This document shows positions 13,532-25,829 of a stretch of 64,000 bases of DNA, one piece after another (the first letter of the stretch is position 1; every line of letters begins with the position of its first letter). The notes beneath the pieces are model-generated. The model made no database searches and was not told the DNA's origin. It saw only the letters and a list, made by a program, of their open reading frames with translations. Source of the DNA: Azolla caroliniana (Eukaryota; Plantae; Polypodiophyta); assembly GCA_043228905.1 (NCBI GenBank), contig JBHGNT010000003.1, forward strand, positions 7,936,001 to 8,000,000, read 5' to 3'. The translations under genes and the position numbers were made by a program.

Positions 13532-16500
13532 TCATAGCTCATCCTGTAAACAAAGCTGTGTATTAGCTCGAGTATATTAGCCAAAAACCAAACTACATAT
13601 GACGGCTATATAAAACATGACTCACATGAGTCTCCTCATCTTCCTCAGACGCTTGGTCATCCTGTATCAAAGAATTGATTGAAAGTTAGAAAACAAGAAT
13701 AAAAAACAATTGGTGGATACAGAGAGACATGTGTGTTGATTACTGACTGTTTAGTAATAAAGACCATTATTGATAACTCGTGAGAATTTAACATAAATCT
13801 AAATAATATGGAAAAGCTACTATCAATGAACTATGCCATTCACATCAACATGATAGAAATGCCTTAATGAGAAAAACAAAGGGAAAAATGCCAAACATAC
13901 CCTCAATTTTTCAACTAATTTACCCAGGACATTGCAACAAAATTTAAATTTACTAAAATACCCTTAGTATCTAATTAAATAAAAATAAAACTGTTAATTA
14001 GACTATTATGAGCATTGTTCTCATTCCTAATCAAATTGACCAGTAATAAAATTGCATTTATGAGAAGCATTAGAACTTAGCATTCAAATATCCCGATTGT
14101 TGGTGTTAAGTGGAGTTCTTATCATTCAATGACAATCTAATTATTAGAGTTAATAATTAGGTAGCTAGTGTTAACAATCATTATAATATAATCATTAGTG
14201 TTAGTGCTCCATCACTTCTATTTTTAAGTAGGAAAAAATCTGATAATCACGTAGACTAAACAGTGATATTCTGATGTAGTTATAAAAGGTATTTTGTTAA
14301 TTTTAAATCATCTTAGGGGGGTATTCTGTTAGATAATGAAACTTTAAGGTTTATTTAATTTCGAAGGAATATTTTTTGTTAATTATTTTTTCTCATGTAG
14401 TCTGCTATACAGTGAAAAAGGTAGGGGTATTGAGGTTGCTTTTCCAAAACAAAACTACTTACATCTTCTGCATCAGCATCTGTATCCTCATCATCATCCT
14501 CATCATCAATCTTCTTTGATTCCTAAAATTTCGATAAAAGGATGAACAATACTCAGAACAAAAAACTCATCATATATACCAAATTTTACTGGCATACATC
14601 GAGTGTTATTAATCAAAGCTAAATCAAATAACAAGCCTATATATGATTGCGAGCACACAATCGAACAAGTCTATCTTTGAAAAAAATTATGTTTTCAAAT
14701 CTCCAAAAGTTATATCTATTATCAACACAGGCCTATGACGTGGTAGCTACTTCCTATTAAACAGCCAAATTTATACTATAATTTTCCCTTCATTCCTTGA
14801 ACAATCCCAAATGTCAAATTTTATACTATACTTTTCTACTTGTCTGCAGCTAGAGGTTTTTATAAAAAGAATCTTACTTCGTTTGTCAATCAAATGAGGT
14901 TTGCACAAGTCTTACCTTCTCGACACTTCCAAATGCTCAAATTTATAGTAACTTTTTCCATTCATATGTATAGCATGAGGTAGACATGAGTCTTACCTCA
15001 AAATCTCCAAATTTATATCAAATGTTTCTACTTGCCTATCACATGTGTTCTGTATGAGTCTTACCTTCTTGAAAGCCTTCAAATATCCAAATTTAGACTA
15101 AATGTTTCTCTTTGTTTATCTATCCCATGAGGTTTAGAAGGTTTGTCGCTTGGGGGATCTCTGATTATCATCTTGGACACTCCCCCATCAATAATTACAT
15201 TGTTGTCGATGATTTTTTGAACGCAGGTCATGGCTTATTTTCATGAAATTCTCCTGACTATGACATCCATCAAAATCAACTACAAATTGAGAGGTATGGT
15301 ATTCTTACCTCATCTTTCTCCTGCGCCTCATCATATGCTTTCTTCTCAAGCTGTTATATCATGCCATCAAAGATGGGATTGATTACATAACAAATAGCCT
15401 CAATGTCAAAAGCATACAAACATTTCTACAGAGATGATAATACAAACCTCCTTGTTCTTGCCCCAAGTTTCTTCAGCAAAGTTTTTGGCATAGTCAATGT
15501 CATCAGTCACCAGTATGTTATCAAACAATGAGCCAGATTTAACCTAAAGAAAAGACTAGTTAGCAAAAAAACACACATTTATAAGGATTGTATATATGAA
15601 CACAATTGAGTAAATCAATACCTGCCATAATTCTATTCCCACATATTTCAAGTTCGTGAAGACATAGAGCTCGGAGTCATCCTCAAAGTCTAATGATAAG
15701 GATCATACAAAGCAAACATTTAGAAATCCCTACATTGCTCATAGTATTAATGTACTTCCAATATTTATTCAACAAAAAAAAGATAAAACTGCAGAGAAGA
15801 GGAAGGATTTATCTTTACCAGGATTGTCAATCAATGGAGCTTTCCATTTTCCTTTGTAGGCAGGATTCTTAAGTTTCTATAAAGATAAAAAAGAAAAGCG
15901 ATGAAGTTATTCCACAATTCAAGTTCTCCACTAAATTTGACAAGAGTCTAGATTATCTGCAAATATACCTTTGCTTTCCATGGGCCCTTATACTCAGGAT
16001 TAGGGATAGTTGGAGCTTTCCATTCACCATCCTCTTCATCATCCCAATCCTCAGGCTGATCAAGAAAGAAGGAAATAAAATACATGCTATCACAAAATAC
16101 ATTACTTTCGAGATCATGTCAGAATATTGTGGCATCAATCAATCATTTTGTGAAAAGTTGTAAAACAAACAATCTTAAGGATGTCACAAAATAAAACATT
16201 TTCTAAGTCACCTCACGAATATCACTATCAACTTCCTATGTCATAAATTACCTTTGTTGCTTCTGGATCAACAATTTCAGCTGGAATATCATCATAACCC
16301 TGTCAATGTTCAAAGCAAAAGAAGTCAGCACAAATTTTCTGGCTAGATTTCCCTAAGATAGCATATCTATCAGTATCTTGATTTCACCTCTGGTTTCTTG
16401 TCTTCAGGATCTTCAATGTATTCTTTGTCATCCCAATCCTCGGGCTGCCACATTTATTGTGATCAGTTAACAGATTCAAAGCAAAAATAGATCTAGAGCA

Positions 16501-19382
16501 AGGAAAAAATTGCATCGCTCACTTTCTTGGCATTAGGATCTTTGATCTTCTGTGGGGGAAGCATTTTCCAATCCTTGTAAAGGCTACCTGATTGCTTCTC
16601 TACATTATCAACCAGCACACTGTATGTGTTATCAGGTTTTATGATAAGCGTATACACATGAGTAAGCTGATCAGTTTCACATGAGATATCTTTCTCGATG
16701 GGATGGTTTTCTCCTTTGTAGTTAAGGATTACATGAACCTTCTTGGTACTGTATCCACAAATGTCAGGTCCAAACATAATGCTGACAAAACAAAAAAGAC
16801 ATGCAGTTTTTCAGCAACTAGTATGACAAATATTCAGGAGGTTGGTTTTTTAAGGTTTACACTAAATTAAAAATAGCAACTTTTTCATCACCGCAAACGA
16901 TAACATGATTCATGTAACAATGTAAGAGGTAAGAGTCTGATTTTTACAGTCAGGTTTTAGAGTCTAAACATTGGGTTTACAGTTTATCAAGGCGTCTTTA
17001 TAATACGTGTAAGGTATTTCTCCACCAAACTTTAAGCTTTAGGGTTTAGGGGAAGCGTTTATCAAGGTATCTTTTAGTACCTGTATGGTGTTTCTCCACC
17101 AAACTTTGATTGATCCACATCACCACTCAGCAATTTGATATAACCACCTCCACAATCAAGACTTTGTTCATGCTTCACTGAAAATTGAACAACAAGGTTC
17201 TGGTCCTTGTTGCTGAATTCAGGAAACTCAGCAGAGATTGCATAGAAACGTGAGTCAGGGCTAGTTTGAATGCCTGTAGAACCAGAAAATATCAAACCTT
17301 TGACAGCCCATATTTAATTAGCCAATGGAGAATAAAAGCCTAGCAACTGAACAGCTCCATACACTCGAAATAAGCATGTTGGGCTTATTTATTTAACAAA
17401 AGAGAATGATGTCCTAACTACTGGACAACTCTATACGCTTCAAACAAATATTTTTTGCATGCTTATTTAGCCAGCAAGAAAATGAAAACCTAACTATTGG
17501 AGATCTCCAACTATCTTGTGATTATTATTTAGATTACAAAAATGAGTACCTTTGTCATTGGCATCACCATGCCATTTTCCTGCAGTGTGAACCCAGTCTC
17601 CTGCAGCACCCTCACTCTTCTTCCATTCTGATTTCACCCACCGGTCCTCCCATCCATCTATATAGTGTCAGAACCAATTCCAGATAAAATAATTATGTGT
17701 TCTTATGAGAGATAATAACTATAAATTTTAGATGATAAGAAACATGAATAAGCCAAATAAACACTGAATAGAAAACTCAGGAACACCCCTGAGATTCTCA
17801 AAATACCCTTGATCAACCCATTGTGCACAGCCATGTGTGCTATTTGTGGAATAATATGGTCAATTCATCACATCTCTCAATTTTACCAGCTGCTTTTTGA
17901 GCCATTTTGCTTAACACTCTTATGTCGCTGGAAGAGGATTAGCACAGGCACTTGCAAAATAATAATAAAAACATGGGGGTATTTTGGAGTTTCTCTGAGA
18001 AAACAAAGAAAGCATCCATTTGTTTTCTAGCTCCTAGCCATAAAAGAGGAAGTTTACATGTCACATGATAGTGGATGTTACATCAAATGCTTAGATAAAA
18101 AACAGAGTCCATGATGAAGACAGATCAACCGTGTACTCATATTACATTCAATTCTTAGTTATAAAGAGCGTTCAGGTCAATATTTTGAACATACCAGAGG
18201 CACTATTCAAAGAGTGAATAAAATCCAAGAGAAATATATAATTTTTCAACTAAATCCTCTATATTATGGGATTCGCTCATAATGCATACTGTTCCATGCA
18301 TGAAATGGCCAATTTGTCAAGATAAAGATGTAAACTACCGCTGGTTACAATGACATATCTTTCTGTAGTTACAGACACATGGCTCTTACGACAGCAATAA
18401 ATCTTATAGCCTAAACGAACTTAAAGTAAACGCTTCAGACACACGACAAGAGAGAATGCATAGGTTACAGTGAACTCCATAACAGATCCATACATCTATG
18501 TTACGAATCATGCTTACATATAGAGAGGCAAAATCACCATACAGGAGTGTCATGAGCTAGATGTATGAAAAAGAGAAAAAAAAATATCAATTTATTTACC
18601 AGAAAAGCTAGAAATGGTGAGAGAAACGAAGCTGAGCCGAGAGAAAGGAGAGGAAAGATTTAACCATATATGTGAAGCGACGGTAGGCAGCGATTAGAGA
18701 AAGTGAGAGATTTTCGCATTACTACTGGAAGTAGTTTACAGAAACAGTGATGCTATGAACCCAACCAGATCTAGACGAATGAGAGAGACAAAAGATAGAG
18801 GGGAGATTACTTGAAAAACATCAGAGAAAGTGAGAGATTTTCGCATTACTACTGGAAGTAGATTACAGAAACAGTGTCGCTATGAACCCAACCAGATCTA
18901 GACGAATGAGAGAGACAAAAGATAGAGGGGGGATTACTTGAAAAACATCACCATCAGAGGAATATCAAATGTACTTGGAGGGACATGCTACCGAAGAGAA
19001 GAAAAAGAAAAATAGAGATTTGTTGCCGAAGACATTCAATTCTGCAGGGTGGGGGGAAAGAAAAGGGGACGAGAAGATTTTACCTTACAAAGAAAGAAAC
19101 AGCATCAATTCGCCTTCCAAAATTCTCCCATGGAAACACGGAGAAGGAAAAGACTAGTTCCAATGCATTGCTTTAATGTTCAAGCATTTTCATAGAAGAA
19201 CGAGAAATGAGCTACATAAACAGAGAACGGAAGGGGAGGGGACAGGAAGAGACTTCGTTTCGATTAAGAATTCATTTACCTTCGAATTTCTCTTGGAAGA
19301 AGACGTTTGCAGCAGAGGCGGTGAAGAGGAAGACGAGGAGGAGGAGGAAGAGGGAGAAGGAAGGGGAAGCAGGAGACGCCAT
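13532..19382 (-). CDS. CRT: Calreticulin (CRT1/2-like, acidic C-tail, HDEL), ~408 aa
   Basis: 14 exons: 19382-19280, 17657-17550, 17273-17081, 16781-16523, 16444-16388, 16299-16252, 16055-15969, 15876-15819, 15689-15622, 15543-15448, 15350-15309, 14522-14463, 13661-13626, 13543-13532. Signal peptide, [25 protein letters not shown]-domain PEDWD repeats, and H|DEL split across the last intron. Confidence 0.97.
18696..18949. repeat. Near-perfect 127-bp tandem duplication in calreticulin intron 1
   Basis: Units start at 18696 and 18823 and differ at only a few positions. Confidence 0.9.
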
Positions 19383-19529
19383 AGCCAGAGCTTCTTCTCT
19401 GCAGATCGATCGATCGATTACTGGTTTTTCTCTCTCTCTCTCTCTCTCTCACTCTCTTGTCTGTGTTTTCTCTCTGTTTTTTCTTTTCTTTTCTTTTCTT
19501 TGGAGAGCAACGAATGAATGAATGAACGA

Positions 19530-19925
19530 ACGAAATAAAATAATAATAATAATAATTTATTAATTATTATTTAATGAAAAATAGGAATTATCAAATGGGC
19601 GCGTTCACACTTGTCCGCTGGCCCCCCTCTCAGACGAATAAATAAAAAGAGAAAATTTTAATTATTATTATTATTTATGAAAAATAGGAATTATCAAATG
19701 GGCGCTTTCACACTTGTCCGCTGGCCCCTCGGGCCTCTCACACAAATAAATAAAAGAAAAAAATTTAATTATTATTATTTATGAAAAATAGGAATTATCA
19801 AATGGGCGCGTTCCACATGTCCGCTGGCCCGGTCTCATAACAAATAAATAAAAGCAAAAAACAATTCTTATTTTTTTTATCATTATTTATGAAATTGGCC
19901 ATATTCACACTTGTCCATTGGCCGC
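19530..19925. repeat. ~105-120-bp tandem repeat (3-4 units) in the calreticulin upstream region
   Basis: Repeated attatttatgaaaaataggaattatcaaatgggcgc...cacttgtccgctggccc. Confidence 0.85.
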
Positions 19926-20599
19926 ATATAAATCGTTAAATCAGTCGGTCTCTACTAGAACGTTAAAAAAAAAGATAATACTACATATGTCTTATCTATC
20001 TCTTTTATGTGCCGAACTTGTCTCTCCCATTGCTCTTCTACAAAGACATGCGTACACATGCCCTGTGTTTGTCTGCTCTCAACCTCATGCTCTCAACCTC
20101 AACATGACTTGCAGTGAGGCCTGATTAGCCATGCAAGACCACTCGCTATGGGGATCACTCGTTTTGGAGTGTATCATGTGTGCTTTGTACTACCAATGCA
20201 AGTCTGTGCTACAACAGCTTCAAACTAGGCCACACTAGCTAGCCATCCCAGACTGTGGTGAGGAATCATCCATGCATATCTTTTTTGTGTCTTGCATTGT
20301 TTGTCTCTAGGAGAACTTATGAGAAAAAACAATCTAAGGTATAGGCGGTAATGGACTGCATGTATGAGACCATCACGAGGGAATCATCTAAGTGTATCCT
20401 CGAGTTTGGATATGTTCGACTCATTGATGACTTTATGGCACTAGTGAGAAACCACAAAGTTGAGGTGAAAACCAATAGAAAAAGATTGTTCGTATGTGGT
20501 GGTGTCTATTGTGGACAATGCAATTCTAAAAGCACTCTAACGATCTCGTAAAGCATTCTACTAGAGTGTCTATGACTGGTGCAATCCCTAGCTAGACAT

Positions 20600-21230
20600 A
20601 GGACAAATGACATATAGCCCATTTATGTGTTCATGCATGCACTTGTTTGTCTCTGAAACAACTTCTAGTGTGAGACCCAACTGTTGAGGGTGAAACCAAC
20701 TAATGAATTGTCACTCAAGCATTCAATGTTGTATCATTAGAACATTGACCAATGGAATGTCAACTAATAACAATAGTCGAGGAATGTGAATTCCTTGAGA
20801 CGTGGGTGATAAAAAAACTTCATGGCTATTTAACTTATTAGTAATCCAACATTTTAAACATCACGCAGAGTTGAGAAAATGTGTTTTTATCACGTATGGA
20901 GTGGCTCGGGAAATAATGCCAATAACCAAAAACACTTCCCAAACTATTTCCCAAATATGAATTTGTATCTCTATGTTCCCTCCCACACGATATCAGTTAT
21001 TGTTCAATATTTTGGTCGAATTTCTAGATTTCTTAGCTAGAAATTTGTACAACCACAAGGATTGCAAGAAGAGTATATAAAAAGGATTGTTGATTTGACA
21101 TAAATGGTATTCTGTTATAAATTTTCATGTTTCTTTTTTATTCACACCAAGAATGCTCTACAAATTAAAAATGGACGAGTTTTCCCTAACTTTGTGTTAA
21201 CCACCTTTGTGTCTTCATGCCTATCATGTC
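20600..21230 (+). mobile_element. Possible degenerate hAT transposase C-terminal remnant
   Basis: NFSCFFFIHTKN (~21120-21155) resembles the hAT dimerisation-domain motif ERNWSTFxFIHTKxRN. Otherwise heavily decayed. Confidence 0.3.
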
Positions 21231-21506
21231 TATGTTATTGAATATTATATTTCGTATACCATGCTCTCTATGTAGTATCGCAAACTATAGTCATATAATG
21301 GGCTTCAATATGTTAATTCCTCAATTATAAAGCATCATGTGTCATACTCAATGCTTTATATGATAATCCAATGGTCGCTGATGAGTATTGCATGTATTCT
21401 AGCTCGCATAATCATGAGTTCTCTTTTAATTTTAATGTATGTCAACGTAACAACTTTGAGCATCTCATTGTGACGGAATTCTTTTATATTCACTCATGTG
21501 GCTCTC

Positions 21507-21736
21507 TATTACGGGCATGACCATATAATATTCCATGGTGAGAATTTATCGTAGTATTCTATACACATGGATAAGTGTGAGGGTTAAACGAGAGTGTAAA
21601 GAAGGGGAGGATTACTTTTAATCACCGGGATTTAGACAACCCATTAGGCCAAGTGTGAACCTTCACACTTATCCACGTGTATAGAATACTACAGTAAATT
21701 CTCACCATGGGATATTATATGGTCATGCCCGTAAAA
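21507..21736. mobile_element. Fold-back mini-element made of two inverted U3 ends of the local Gypsy LTR, 5-bp TSD CTCTC
   Basis: 21507-21660 matches the first ~154 nt of the LTR in element orientation; 21661-21736 is the reverse complement of the first ~76 nt. CTCTC at 21502-21506 and 21737-21741. Confidence 0.85.
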
Positions 21737-23765
21737 CTCTCGTTATGATGTCTGATGGATGATGGGAGCGACCATTGAGTTTTGAAATGTCACCAATGAC
21801 AACAACCTAAACTTCATTGATTAGCGCACACTATCAACTTTGTGGTTTGTGTTGTGGTGGAGCATTGTTAAACATTTGCTTCTAGTAATTTCTCATGTGA
21901 CACAATCGATGCACTCTCGTGTGACAACAAAAATAGCATGTATGGCTCATTGACAGCATTGCAAATTGACGTCCTTCACAATTGTTGAACTAATTGCCAT
22001 AGATTTTGAGATTGTAAGATTAACCCTATGGATACACATTAATTTTGAACCAGCCCTTTAATTAACCCAGTGGATACACAATACACACTAATGTTGCTCG
22101 AATGTAGGATTCCCTTTTGACCTCATATCAATCCTTTCAACCTCTCTTTTCAAGGAATCCATTCATTTGAGCATAATTGTTGCCTTTGAGTTAGTTCGTC
22201 ATGAGGATGTTGCATTTTTTTCTTCCCTCCATATATGGCTCACTCATTGTAATGCTCACCTTAGCCATTATACATGTGCACTTTTGCAATGTGAAGATGG
22301 ATGATGAGACACATGGATGCAACTAGATAAGAGAACAAAGTTGTTTGTTGGAGCCCAATATGTGTCTCTAGTTTGGTGCATATTAATCAAAGTCATATTG
22401 CTATATTGTTTCTACATGCCCTCGATATAATGTATATTTGCGGCTTGCCCCCCCATCTTCTTTTCATTGTGTGTTTTCTAATTACACCTAAAACTTTCAT
22501 GCAAAACATAACAAATATTGATTAATACTAGCAAATCGTGTATCATTGAGGAATTTTTATATCCTAAGTCAACCTAACCAACAAGACATGCATACAAAGA
22601 AAAGCCATTAAAAAACATTGAGAACTCAACACAACAAGAAAGGGATATATGAATGTATAGTTAAACATACCCATGCCACCAATGGCAACAACGACATTGC
22701 CTTTGAAGCTATTGCAAAAAAACATATGTGCTATCATATCATTTAACTTATTTTGCTCCAATATTTTATTATCAGGCTAAGCTCCTTAGTTTATTTGAAA
22801 TAGGACCAATATAATGGATTGAAGAGATTAAGGTCACTCATGTTTTGCTTTTAAAACACAGGTTTACAATTTTGCTTTTCTACAACCTAATGTTAATAAA
22901 TAGACAAGTGAAATTATGGGTCTCAACTAAAGTCTAACCTGCTAACGATAGTTAACATTATGAAAATAAACCTTTATTGTGATGAAGCAGGAAAGAATCT
23001 TTAGTTATATTTGGCAAGGAACTTTTAAAAAACAATGGCTACAACCTACATCTTGTGGGCTGAAACCCTCCAACTAGTACAATTTGCATCGATTTCTTAA
23101 TAAGTTCCTTCGTTGTTTCTTAAATAAATGATTTTCCTAATTCATCCATATTCTTTGGTGGTTTGAGAGCCATCATTTGGAACGGTGCCAATTGGTGCAA
23201 TGATTTTTCATAGTGAAAAAATGAGAATGTATATTTTTTCTTTTGTCTTCTAAGCAAATTTATCTCTCTTCCATTATGCAATGGTCTATGTCATTTATCA
23301 ATGTGTTATTGTTTATGTGAGGCATTTTTTTGGTTTGTTTTATTATGTGCAATTAGAGAAGGCCTATCAAACTACGCTGAAATTGTATAGTTTTAGCTGT
23401 AAATGGATTCTTTGTTGCCTATGTCATAGCTTTTATTGTCCACTAACTTGCGTATGCAAATGATTATGATTTGAATTTGTGTGCAAACATGATGTGCCTA
23501 GGTACAATCCCAACATTCCTTTCATGCATATGCATATGCCTTAATTGTAACCTTATAACTAAAGTTGACATGTTTTCCTCCTATACATGAATGTGCTTGT
23601 ATGTGTCAAACTACTTAAATACATAAACATAAGTCAATGTCATGCATGTTTAAATGCATTAACCTCCATTGGAAGTTGGCTTCTTTTAAGTCTATTGATA
23701 GATACTTATGTTATTGAACTATGCTAATTCCTTATTGAACCTCTCATTTTAACTACATTTTGTAA

Positions 23766-23769
<4 letters not shown>

Positions 23770-23809
<40 letters not shown>

Positions 23810-24560
23810 GAAAGCAACAAACTAAATAAATGTACATCATATCTACCAACAATGGGTTTTTGACTCAAGTACATACTCAAGTACACATGTAGTACACATG
23901 GGATCATGCCCAATTGTGTTTTGAGCCACTTGTTCACGGATATACGATAGCGATAAGTGTGAAAAAATAGTTTCAAAGAAGTGTAACAAAAAGGTCACAA
24001 TCAAGTAAGGACTTGGAAAGGACACCCTCAACGGAGGGATATTATAGGATGATGAGTAGGAACAAACCTCATGGATGAACAAGAAACTAAGTTGTTAACA
24101 CTCCTAAGAGCTTACACCACCATTGAGCTGAAAGAATACACCAACCTCATCCAAGAGTAACAACATCAATCAATGGCTAGCAAAGTAAGAATATTTATGT
24201 TTGACCAATTCGAAGAATGGACTTTCCCAGAAAATGTAGTTACCCCTCTTATGGAAACGCGAAATACAAAGAAATAGCTTCTTGAGGATCATTAAACATA
24301 ACCAAACATTGACATTAGCTTGGAGCAAGATGAAGGCAAGGTTAGTGTCACCATCCTATAGTAGTTATTTTACCTTAAAGTAAAAGTTACCCACCAAGGA
24401 CATATACAAGATGGTCAAACACTCGAATTCGGGATACACAAATGCCTTCACCATATTTGAGTCAAGCACAATGAATTCATGGTTAAAGAGTGTCTTCAAG
24501 ATAAATCACAAACCTTAGTATGAAATACTTGAGAGAGTTAGGGATGAATGGCACATTGGT
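23770..24560 (-). mobile_element. Probable LINE 3' remnant ending in (GA)n
   Basis: Minus strand reads ...tttgttgctttcacttg(AG)n, like the 3' end of the large LINE. Decayed coding-like sequence lies upstream. Confidence 0.35.
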
Positions 24561-24954
24561 ATGGGGGCTTATTATCATTGTAACCATAGAATGAACCATA
24601 CGTAGCATACGTGCATTCGCATTCGAGAATGATTCAATCAAACGTGTATGGTAAATCATCTCAAAGTTGGATTGGATTGACTATGGTCTATATTATATAT
24701 TGATTCACTCTCAATCCCAATAAGTGGACTCTAATCCATTGTGAACCATCAACATAAGTATGGTTGCAATATTTGCATTGTATCACATGCATACTTTTGG
24801 GATGCTTCTTAAGAATCAAGACAACTCTATCATCCTCACTTTAGAGCTTTACAAAAAAATGAGTATGAACTATAGAGATTGAATCAAAATATGTCATTAT
24901 AAATTATAATTAAACGTTCAAAACTCATAAAACTTATATTCGAGAATATGAAGA

Positions 24955-25400
24955 AAACATGACATAGGCAGTAGTAGCATAACAACTTACCACTAGGGTG
25001 ACCTAAAAGAAAAAAAGAAAGAAAAAAAGAAAGAAAAAAAAGGAACATGACACTAACATAAAATTTTGCCATGACATTGGCAGTAGTAGCATAACAACTT
25101 ACCACAAGGGTGAGCTAATTTCTAATAACAAAGAAAGAAAGAAAAAGGAACATGACACTAACAAGAGGATATGAGAAAGTTGGGAATTGACCCCAAGACA
25201 CAAGTAATAGTAGCATAGCAACTTACCACTAGGTTGTGCTTAGTTCTAATAATAAAAAAGAAAAGAAAAGAACTATTATAACACTAACATAAAATTTTGC
25301 TATGACATGGTACTAATGAGAGAGAGAGATGAGAAAATTGGGAATTGAACCCAAGACATAGACAACAATAGCATGACTCCTTACCACTAGGGTGAACTCA
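24955..25400 (-). repeat. Tandem AT-rich repeat with tRNA-derived (A/B-box-like) segments
   Basis: Four copies of (C)TAGTGGTAAG on the minus strand; two are followed by GGGT(T)CAATTCCCA. Confidence 0.6.
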
Positions 25401-25538
25401 ATTGTAATAATAATAAATGAAAAAAAGAAAAAAAAACGAGCATGTATTTTTCCCATTTCAAACATGTTCGTTTCCAAATGTTTTCAAACATTTGAATGCT
25501 TGCACAAACACGAATATTACGTTCTATGATTGTAACAC

Positions 25539-25813
25539 CGTTAGAGTTATGATCTAACGTAAGCATATGATAAGGATAAAACATATAGGAAATAAGAAAG
25601 GAGAGAGAAAGAAGGGTGTCGATCCACCGATACCCAACCACCCCTGAGTGAAGGGATCGAGACGGACTCGAGCCTCGATCAACATCCCATACCACTGTTG
25701 TGGCGTCGAGTCGTACCTGGTCCTGGCGCTGAAGGGAACGTGGGAAAACTTTAAGAAGATTTTTGTGGCTTCAACCACGACCCAAAAACTTCAACTCTAC
25801 TAGGAGTTGAACA
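25539..25813 (-). mobile_element. LTR fragment related to the R/U5 half of the Gypsy LTR
   Basis: 25539-25730 aligns to 38493-38680 (gaagggatcgagacggactcgagcctc is identical), then diverges. No TSD found. Confidence 0.75.
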
Positions 25814-25829
25814 ATATTCGGTAGAGGGA

